16,997 nt of DNA, from NCBI GenBank assembly GCA_037441385.1, contig JBBISH010000127.1:1-16997 (forward strand), written 5' to 3'. Both the position numbers and the translations under genes were made by a program. Shown here piece after piece: positions 8,082 to 14,758 of the stretch. Under the pieces are notes generated by a model, which had not been told where the DNA came from, did not search any database, and was given only the letters and a program-made list of their open reading frames with translations. The number at the start of each line of letters is the position of its first letter. Positions within the stretch are counted from its first letter, which is position 1. Source of the DNA: Myxococcales bacterium. GTDB lineage: Bacteria; Myxococcota_A; UBA9042.

Positions 8082-8753
8082 ATGCCAGCCCCGACTCCCG
8101 CCGCCGCGGTCAGCGAGTACTTCAGCTACGACCTGTACGTCATCGCCCGCCTGAGCGCCGACCCCGCCACCGCCGGCCACGTGCCGCTGGTCGAGGTGCC
8201 CCACCTGGCCCTGGCGCAAAAGGTCGCGACCCGCAACCAGGCCGACGACGCCGTGCGCAAGGCCCTGGCCAAGCGCGACTACGAGCGCGACCGCCTGAGC
8301 GACCTGCTGGAACCCTTTGCCCTGCAGGTGGCCGCCCACCACGGCAGCAAGAGCGCGCCCGGCTACCTGGCCCTGTTCCCCCTGACCCCGGCGCAGCTGG
8401 CGACCCTGCCCCTGAAGGACCTGCCCAAGGCGCTGGCCAACCTGCAGGCGGCGATTGCCGAGGCCGGGACGCCCAAAGAGGTCAAGGCCTTTGCCAAGCC
8501 GGTGCTGGAGCAAATCGCCCTGCTGGACAAGGCCCAGGCTGCGCTGGATGGCGCCAACACCCAGCTGAAGAAGGCCGGCGAGGCGGTGGCCGCGGCCAAG
8601 GATCAGGTGCTGACCGGCATCGCCAAGCTGCGGGCGGCCCTGCAGAGCCAGTTTCCGCGCCAGCCCAAGCGCGTAGCCCGCTACTTGCCGGTCAAGAATG
8701 GCAAGAAGCCGGTCAAAGGTGCGGTGCCACCGGCCCCGGATGCTCCTGCGTAG
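8082..8753 (+). CDS. Hypothetical all-helical/coiled-coil protein
   Basis: AGGAG RBS at 8072-8076, ATG at 8082, TAG at 8751-8753. Third positions are strongly G/C-biased. It has Ala/Leu/Lys-rich amphipathic helices and a Pro/Lys-rich tail. 223 aa. Confidence 0.8.
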   Translation: MPAPTPAAAVSEYFSYDLYVIARLSADPATAGHVPLVEVPHLALAQKVATRNQADDAVRKALAKRDYERDRLSDLLEPFALQVAAHHGSKSAPGYLALFPLTPAQLATLPLKDLPKALANLQAAIAEAGTPKEVKAFAKPVLEQIALLDKAQAALDGANTQLKKAGEAVAAAKDQVLTGIAKLRAALQSQFPRQPKRVARYLPVKNGKKPVKGAVPPAPDAPA

Positions 8754-8917
8754 GGTGTTGGTCGCGGTCGAGCCAGGCCCGGACGTACCTATGTGGCGTA
8801 TTGGTGGCAGCCAGATTGGAGTCGAATGGCTCTCTGAACCACTTACGGCCGATCCGTTTCAATCTGCCCGCGTATCTGCGTGACTGAGCAACGATCTTGC
8901 TCAACCCAGGTGCATCT

Positions 8918-8975
8918 TGCCCCTCGCCCAAAGCGTTGGGAGAGGGGCAGTCGGCGCAGCCGACGGGGTGAGGGC
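8918..8975. repeat. Palindromic extragenic element of the CCCTCACCCC...CCCTCTCCC...GGGAGAGGGG type
   Basis: Hairpin TGCCCCTCGCCCAA/AGCG/TTGGGAGAGGGGCA (8918-8949, one mismatch), then GTCGGC/GCA/GCCGAC (8950-8964), then GGGGTGAGGGC. Confidence 0.7.
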
Positions 8976-9057
8976 CAATGGGCCACCGACACACGCCGCA
9001 CTGACCCACTACCCAGCTTCGGAACCAACCCCAGCGGCCTTGTCGAAGTCTTCTGAA

Positions 9058-9087
9058 AGGGCGGCGGGGACAAGCCCCACGCCCTAC
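9058..9087 (-). repeat. GTAG-type REP element
   Basis: The minus strand reads GTAGGGCGTGGGGCTTGTCCCCGCCGCCCT: a 5' GTAG overlapping an imperfect GC-rich palindrome, the usual REP architecture. Confidence 0.7.
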
Positions 9088-9111
9088 GCACGGCCTTCAA
9101 GGTCTTGTCGC

Positions 9112-9144
9112 GATTCGGGTTCCGGCTCCGGCTCTGGCTCCGGC
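9112..9144. repeat. Short hexanucleotide tandem repeat (GGYTCY), about 5 units
   Basis: gattcg ggttcc ggctcc ggctct ggctcc ggc. Same GGNTCN pattern and orientation as 1708-1797. Confidence 0.75.
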
Positions 9145-9161
9145 CACGCCGCAAAAAGGTG

Positions 9162-10007
9162 TCAAGTGTCAATACCTGACACCACCACTTCTTCCGGTCG
9201 CTCCACCACCCCCCGCACAATCTCCATCGACTTCGCGCAGTACAGCCCATCGGCGATCCGCTCGTCGTAGCTCCAGGCGATCTCGACCGTGGGCCGGACC
9301 TCCAGGTCGCCGGCGGCGGTCACCCACGGCGCCCGGTGGATCGCGCCGATCGCGCCAAAGATGGGGCAAGTGCCCCAGTCGAACAGGTGGTGGATGGGCG
9401 CCTGCAGCCCGATCGAGCCCAGATTGGCCAAGAACGCGCTGCAGTACAGCGGGTCGCTGGCCGTCAGAGCCCCGGGGAGCAGATTCCAGGCATCCAGCTG
9501 CCGCTGCAGCGCCACCAGCCAGCCCAACAGGAAGGGAGGTAAGTGGCCAAAAACCTGCATTTCCTTCTCGGACGGCAACAGCGCACTGCCGCGCCCCTGG
9601 GCGATGCCCCCATCGGCGGCCCGCACGACGGCAAGCAGGTCGGCATCGGGTGCCAACCGCACCTTGACCGCAGTCATGCCGGCGCCGTCGTCCAGCCGCT
9701 TCTTGACGGCAAACGACAGCTCGGTGTGCTTGCGCTGGTAGATGCAGCGGCCCGCCACAAAACGATGCAGGAGCGGGCGCTGCACCAGGACCTGGACCAG
9801 CGCGAATTGCACCAAGTGGAACAAGCTGACCCGGACCCCGGCGGCCTGGGACTGCTGTTCGAGCCAGGGCAGCGTCCGCGTTAGATCCAACCGCTGGGTC
9901 AAGTACACCACGGCGCTGTTGCGGCGCGGGATCAGGTGCGGCATCAAGATGCGCATCGGCGGCAAGTCGCGCACGCGCACGCCGTCGGGTCGGTCGCCCC
10001 ACAACAT
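9162..10007 (-). CDS. Stand-alone 2-oxo-acid dehydrogenase E2-like (CAT-fold) acyltransferase domain protein
   Basis: GAGGAG RBS before ATG 10007. Motifs RPLLHRFVAG, SAFLANLGSIG, FGAIGAI and SYDERIADG correspond to the E2 catalytic domain (P.LN, TFTISNLG..G, DHR..DG). No lipoyl or E3-binding domain. 281 aa. Confidence 0.8.
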   Translation of the reverse strand: MLWGDRPDGVRVRDLPPMRILMPHLIPRRNSAVVYLTQRLDLTRTLPWLEQQSQAAGVRVSLFHLVQFALVQVLVQRPLLHRFVAGRCIYQRKHTELSFAVKKRLDDGAGMTAVKVRLAPDADLLAVVRAADGGIAQGRGSALLPSEKEMQVFGHLPPFLLGWLVALQRQLDAWNLLPGALTASDPLYCSAFLANLGSIGLQAPIHHLFDWGTCPIFGAIGAIHRAPWVTAAGDLEVRPTVEIAWSYDERIADGLYCAKSMEIVRGVVERPEEVVVSGIDT

Positions 10008-10174
10008 TCGGCCTCCTCATCGGCTCGCGCCGGCCACGGAGGGCTCACGGTATCCGGACTTGCAGGGGTTGCCAAGCGTGCTGCCGCAACCGAGCCGGGC
10101 AGATCCAGAGTGGACAGCTTCTCGCAATCTGCCGCAGAATGCGCGCGCCGCGGCCGCCGCCGCCAGGAATCGAC

Positions 10175-10819
10175 ATGGATCATCACCAAGTAAACCCCGG
10201 CGACGGGACCCCGGCCCCGGCCCCAGCGGCCCTGCCGTTTGCCGAGTCGACTCCGCTGGGCCTGCTGGGCCTGTCGATCGGCTGTGCCGCGCTGGTGCCC
10301 ATCGCGCTGGGCCAGTCCCTGACCCCAGCGGGCCTGCGCACGGCCGCCATGTTCTGTCTGCTCTTTGGCGCGGGCGGCCAGTTGCTCGCGGGCCTCATGG
10401 CCTTGGCGAACAAAAACCTGCTGGGTGGCACGCTGTTTACCACGTTCTCGTTCAACTGGGTGATGAACTGGTGGGCGCTGGCCGGCTTGGCCGAAGGCAA
10501 AGCGCCCGACCCGACCATCGTGCTCGCGGTGGACATCGCGTTCTTGCTGATTTTCTTGGTGCTTACCTACGCGTTTGGCTTCTATTCCAAGTTGCTGTTC
10601 GCCTTCCTGGCCGACATCGACTTGCTGTACCTGGGCCGAATCCTGAAGGAAGTGACGCACGTGCCGGCCATGGGCCTGCTCGTCACCGGCTGCACCATCG
10701 CCCTCATCGGCATCTCGCTGTGGATCGCCTTTGCCATCCTGGTCAACCCCGCCGCGGGTCGGCAGGTTTTTGCCATGCCGGGGCCCATTTTCACCCCCAG
10801 GAAGCCAGACGGAGCCTGA
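10175..10819 (+). CDS. satP: GPR1/FUN34/YaaH (AceTr, SatP-like) acetate/carboxylate transporter
   Basis: AGGA RBS, ATG at 10175. About six hydrophobic segments. FAESTPLGLLGL is a variant of the NPAPLGL signature. GAGGQLLAGLM...NLLGGTLFTTFSFNW matches the family GG..Q..AG......N.FG...F..Y..FW pattern. 214 aa. Confidence 0.8.
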   Translation: MDHHQVNPGDGTPAPAPAALPFAESTPLGLLGLSIGCAALVPIALGQSLTPAGLRTAAMFCLLFGAGGQLLAGLMALANKNLLGGTLFTTFSFNWVMNWWALAGLAEGKAPDPTIVLAVDIAFLLIFLVLTYAFGFYSKLLFAFLADIDLLYLGRILKEVTHVPAMGLLVTGCTIALIGISLWIAFAILVNPAAGRQVFAMPGPIFTPRKPDGA

Positions 10820-10878
10820 CGGATTGGCCGCGGGTGCTCCTGCAAAAACGCCCGAAATTTCGCGGCTCCTGCCGGACA

Positions 10879-10887
10879 TGGTATGGT
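10879..10887 (+). promoter_or_regulatory. Possible extended -10 promoter for the cysteine-rich gene (and possibly the glg genes)
   Basis: TG-G-TATGGT, about 60 nt upstream of ATG 10948. Confidence 0.3.
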
Positions 10888-10947
10888 GTGGGCGCGGCCG
10901 GCCCTTGCCGCCGCCAACCAGCGCGTCCCCAGCGTGAGCAAGAATCC

Positions 10948-12840
10948 ATGAAAAACTCTGCAAGGTACTGTCTTTTGTTGGCCGCCACAGCGCTGTTGGT
11001 CGGTGCGTGCGACAGCGGCGGCGACACCCTGGTCGCGCTACCCGATGCCGCCCCGGCCGACACCACCTTGGACACCGGCGGCGTGGACACCGCGGTGCCC
11101 GACATCAGCAATGACACCGCCGATACCACCGGCAAGCCCGACATCAACACCACCTGTCCGGGCGCCCCCGGCTGCGTCTGCCTGGCCGACAAGGACTGCC
11201 CCGGTTCCGCGTGCCTCGCCACCGAGGCCGGGCGCCGCTGCGCCGGACCGTGCATGCAGGGTAACTCGTGCCAGACCGGCTACTTGTGCCAGTCCGTCAC
11301 CGCCAGCGACACCAAGACCTACAAGCTCTGTGTGCGCCGCTTCGTCAAGCTGTGCGACCCGTGCAGCCAGTCGCTGACCTGCAAAACCCTGACGGAGCCG
11401 ACGAGCCACTGCGTCTCGGTGGGCAACGACAAGGGCGCCAGCGGCTACTTCTGCGCGTCCGAGTGCACCACCGTCAGCGACTGCCCAGACGGCTACCTGT
11501 GCGCGTCCACCGCCATGGCCGACGGCAGCGCGCCCGCCAACCACTGCATCCCGTCGGACGGCAAGTGCGTTTGCTCCAAGCTGGCGCAAGAAGACGGCCT
11601 GAAAACCACCTGTTATGTCAGCGCCAAAGATGCTCAGGGCAGCATGATCGGCGTGTGCAACGGCGCGCGCATGTGCACCAAAGACGGCCTGCAGGGCTGC
11701 ACCGCTCAGACGCCCACGGTCGAAGTCTGCAACGGCAAAGACGACGACTGCGATGGCAAGACCGACGAGACCTGGGACTGCGACGACAAAGACGCCTGCA
11801 CCGACGACAAGTGCGGCGGCGCCAGCGGCTGCCAGCACCTGAGCGTGGGCAAAAAGTGCGACGACGGCCAATTCTGCACAGGCGATTCCTGTGACCCCAA
11901 GCTGGGTTGCCAGCACACGGCCCTAACCATCGCCTGCGACGACAAAGACGCTTGCACGGGCGACGATGTGTGCGGCAACAACAAGTGCGCCGGCAGCAAG
12001 CTGAACTGCGACGACAACAACGTCTGCACCACCGATAGCTGTGACAAGGCGACCGGCTGCGCCCACGTGGCCAACACGCTGGTCTGCGACGACGGCAACG
12101 CGTGCACGCTGGACGACGTGTGCGCCAAGTCGGTCTGCGCCGGCCCCACCAAGAAGGCCTGCGACGACGGCAACGGTTGCACCAGCGACGGCTGCGACAT
12201 GGCCAAGGGCTGCACCACGGCCGACGCCGACGGCACCGCCTGCAACGACGGCGACGCCTGCACGAGCAGCGACGTCTGCAGCGGCGGCAAATGCGCAGGC
12301 AGCACCGTCAACTGCGACGACAGCAAGCCCTGCACCCTGGATAGCTGCGACAAGACCAGCGGTTGCGTCCACAAGTCCGACGAGGGCGCGCCCTGCCAAG
12401 ACGGCAATGCCTGCACGGTCGGCGACGTCTGCAAAGACGCGGCATGCCTCCCGGGCGCGCCCACCAACTGCGACGACAACAACCAGTGCACCACCGACAC
12501 CTGCGACAAGAAGACCGGGCTGTGCAGCAACACGAACCTGGCCGACTTGAGCCCCTGCGACGACGGCAGCATCTGCACCTTGGTCGACGTTTGCACCGCG
12601 GGTCAATGCGGCGGCACCGCGATGGTCTGCGACGACAAGAACGCTTGCACAGAGGACTTCTGCGACCCCAAGACAGGCTGCGGCTCCAAAGTGCTGACGG
12701 GCACCGCGTGCGACGACAAGCAAGAATGCACGGGCGACGGCATCTGCAAGAACGGGTTGTGCAGCTCGGGTACGGCGCTGATCAATGGCACGCCGTGCGG
12801 CGGTGGCAGCAAGGCGTGCACAGCCGGCAAGTGCTTGTAG
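10948..12840 (+). CDS. Cysteine-rich repeat lipoprotein (Dictyostelium CTDC-like repeats plus one EVCNGKDDDCDG putative metal-binding motif)
   Basis: MKNSARYCLLLAATALLVGAC (signal + lipobox), then an Asp/Thr/Pro-rich linker and Cys-rich modules. EVCNGKDDDCDGKTDE lies at ~11722-11769, followed by 13 C[DNQ]DxxxCTxxxC repeats. 630 aa. Confidence 0.85.
   Translation: MKNSARYCLLLAATALLVGACDSGGDTLVALPDAAPADTTLDTGGVDTAVPDISNDTADTTGKPDINTTCPGAPGCVCLADKDCPGSACLATEAGRRCAGPCMQGNSCQTGYLCQSVTASDTKTYKLCVRRFVKLCDPCSQSLTCKTLTEPTSHCVSVGNDKGASGYFCASECTTVSDCPDGYLCASTAMADGSAPANHCIPSDGKCVCSKLAQEDGLKTTCYVSAKDAQGSMIGVCNGARMCTKDGLQGCTAQTPTVEVCNGKDDDCDGKTDETWDCDDKDACTDDKCGGASGCQHLSVGKKCDDGQFCTGDSCDPKLGCQHTALTIACDDKDACTGDDVCGNNKCAGSKLNCDDNNVCTTDSCDKATGCAHVANTLVCDDGNACTLDDVCAKSVCAGPTKKACDDGNGCTSDGCDMAKGCTTADADGTACNDGDACTSSDVCSGGKCAGSTVNCDDSKPCTLDSCDKTSGCVHKSDEGAPCQDGNACTVGDVCKDAACLPGAPTNCDDNNQCTTDTCDKKTGLCSNTNLADLSPCDDGSICTLVDVCTAGQCGGTAMVCDDKNACTEDFCDPKTGCGSKVLTGTACDDKQECTGDGICKNGLCSSGTALINGTPCGGGSKACTAGKCL
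11779..12795 (+). repeat. Intragenic tandem array of 13 four-Cys repeats (about 24-29 aa each)
   Basis: Examples: CDDNNVCTTDSCDKATGC, CDDGNACTLDDVCAKSVC, CDDSKPCTLDSCDKTSGC. At DNA level tgcgacgac...tgcacc recurs. Confidence 0.9.
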
Positions 12841-12850
12841 CAGGTTGATC

Positions 12851-14734
12851 ATGAACGACATCTTGGCGAACGACTGGCAACTGCAGACCTTTGCGGCCGG
12901 CGACGGGCACGCCTGTTGGCGCTGGCTAGGGGCGTGGCCCGATACCGCCCGGCCGGACGAAGTGTGGCATTTTGCCACATGGGCCCCCCATGCCGAGGCC
13001 GTGGCGGTGGTGGGCAGCTGGTCGAATTGGCAGCCCACGCCGCTGCAGCGACGGGCGATTGGGCCGAACTGCTCGGTGTGGCACGGCACGGTGAGCGGCG
13101 CCCGACCCGGTGATCTGTACAAGCTTCGCGTGACCGATGTGCATGGATTGACACTGGATCGCGCCGACCCGTACGCCCGCCGCGCCGAGCTGCGTCCGGG
13201 CACAGCCAGCCAACTCGATGCGCCCAGCCAGCATGTGTGGGGTGACCACGCCTGGCAGAGCGCGCGCCCCGAGCGGCACCGCCAAGACCGGCCGCTGGCC
13301 ATCTACGAAGTGCACCTGGGGTCGTGGAAGTCCGCGAACGAGGTACGCAATTACCGCGATCTAGCGGCGCCACTGATCGCCCACGTGCAGCACCTGGGCT
13401 TTACCCACGTGGAGTTGCTGCCGCTCATGGAGCATCCCTACGATCCGTCGTGGGGCTATCAGGTTACGGGGTATTTTGCCGCCACGTCGCGGTTTGGCAC
13501 GCCCGATGACCTGCGCTACCTGGTCGATCGGCTGCATCAGGCCGGCATCGGCGTGCTTGTGGACTGGGTTCCGGCGCACTTCCCGCGCGATCTTCATGCC
13601 TTGGGCCGCTTCGACGGAACGCCGCTGTACGAGCACCCCGATCCGCAGCGCGGCGAGCACCCCGATTGGGGCACCTACATCTTTGACTACGGCCGGCCCG
13701 AAGTGCGCTCGTTCCTGCTGGCGAGCGCCCACTACTGGATCGACCAGTTTCATTTTGATGGGTTGCGCGTCGACGCCGTGGCCTCGATGCTCTACTTGGA
13801 CTACTCGCGTCCGCATGGTCAGTGGTCGCCCAACCGCGACGGCGGCAACGTCAACTACGAGGCCGTGGAATTCCTGAAGTCGCTGAACAGGATGCTGCAC
13901 CGCGAGTTCCCCGGGGTGCTGTGCATCGCCGAGGAGTCGACCGCCTTCCCGCAGGTGACCGGCCAAGAGCCTGCCGGGCTTGGGTTTTCGTACAAGTGGA
14001 ACATGGGCTGGATGCACGACAGCTTGCGCTACTTGAGCCACGACCCGATCCACCGCAGCTGGCACCACGACGCGATCACTTTTGCCACGACCTACGCGTT
14101 TGCCGAGCACTTTGTGCTGCCGCTCTCGCACGACGAGGTGGTGCACGGCAAGGGCAGCCTGGTGCGCAAGATGGCCGGGCGCTGGCAAGACGGCGTGGCG
14201 CAACTGCGCTTGCTGTATGGCTTCCAGTGGCTGCACCCAGGCAAGAAGCTGCTGTTCATGGGCCAGGAATTCGCCCAAGAAAACGAGTGGAACCAAGACA
14301 ACAGCCTGGACTGGCACCTGTGCGAGCAGCCTGAGCGGCAGGCCCTGTTGCGCTGGCTGGCGGCGCTGGGGGCGCTCTACCTGGGCCGCAGTGAGCTGCA
14401 CTTTGATTGTGATCCCAAGGGCTTTGAGTGGGTCGAGGGCAACGATCGCGATCACGGCGTGTTGGTGTGGCAGCGCAAAGACGTGAACACAGGGCGCGCC
14501 CTGGTTGCAGTGCTGCATTTTACGCCCGTGTGGCGGCCCAAACATGGCGTGCCGATGCCGGCCGCCGGGCAGTTCCGAGTGATTTTGTCCAGCGCTGACC
14601 CGCAGTTTGCTGGCGACCAGCCGGTGCCCTCGTCCGCGCTGACGACCCACACCCACTACGGCCGGCCCAGCGTGGACCTGGACTTGGCGCCCTATCAGGT
14701 GCTCGTGCTGGAGCAGGTCGGCGATGCCGCGTAA
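12851..14734 (+). CDS. glgB: 1,4-alpha-glucan branching enzyme (GH13_9), short N-terminus form
   Basis: IYEVHLGSW, GFTHVELLP, SWGYQVTGYFA, DWVPAHFP, catalytic DGLRVDAVASM (Asp), IAEEST (Glu), LSHDEVVHGKGSL (Asp), HPGKKLLFMGQEF. 627 aa. Confidence 0.96.
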   Translation: MNDILANDWQLQTFAAGDGHACWRWLGAWPDTARPDEVWHFATWAPHAEAVAVVGSWSNWQPTPLQRRAIGPNCSVWHGTVSGARPGDLYKLRVTDVHGLTLDRADPYARRAELRPGTASQLDAPSQHVWGDHAWQSARPERHRQDRPLAIYEVHLGSWKSANEVRNYRDLAAPLIAHVQHLGFTHVELLPLMEHPYDPSWGYQVTGYFAATSRFGTPDDLRYLVDRLHQAGIGVLVDWVPAHFPRDLHALGRFDGTPLYEHPDPQRGEHPDWGTYIFDYGRPEVRSFLLASAHYWIDQFHFDGLRVDAVASMLYLDYSRPHGQWSPNRDGGNVNYEAVEFLKSLNRMLHREFPGVLCIAEESTAFPQVTGQEPAGLGFSYKWNMGWMHDSLRYLSHDPIHRSWHHDAITFATTYAFAEHFVLPLSHDEVVHGKGSLVRKMAGRWQDGVAQLRLLYGFQWLHPGKKLLFMGQEFAQENEWNQDNSLDWHLCEQPERQALLRWLAALGALYLGRSELHFDCDPKGFEWVEGNDRDHGVLVWQRKDVNTGRALVAVLHFTPVWRPKHGVPMPAAGQFRVILSSADPQFAGDQPVPSSALTTHTHYGRPSVDLDLAPYQVLVLEQVGDAA

Positions 14735-14758
14735 CCCCGAAACTTGCAAGGTGAACTG

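Noticed and set aside
9742..10947. First ~400 aa of the 1032-aa ORF 9742..12840
   Set aside because: It overlaps the E2-like and satP genes in other frames. The real start is the lipoprotein signal at 10948.
11779..12795. Regularly spaced tgcgacgac repeats as a possible CRISPR array or DGR template/variable repeat
   Set aside because: The repeats are degenerate at synonymous positions and in frame within a protein. There are no identical 23-47-bp repeats, cas genes or reverse transcriptase.
12851..12950. glgB looks N-terminally truncated relative to E. coli GlgB
   Set aside because: Short ~630-aa branching enzymes lacking the first N-terminal module are a known natural group, and all catalytic motifs are intact.
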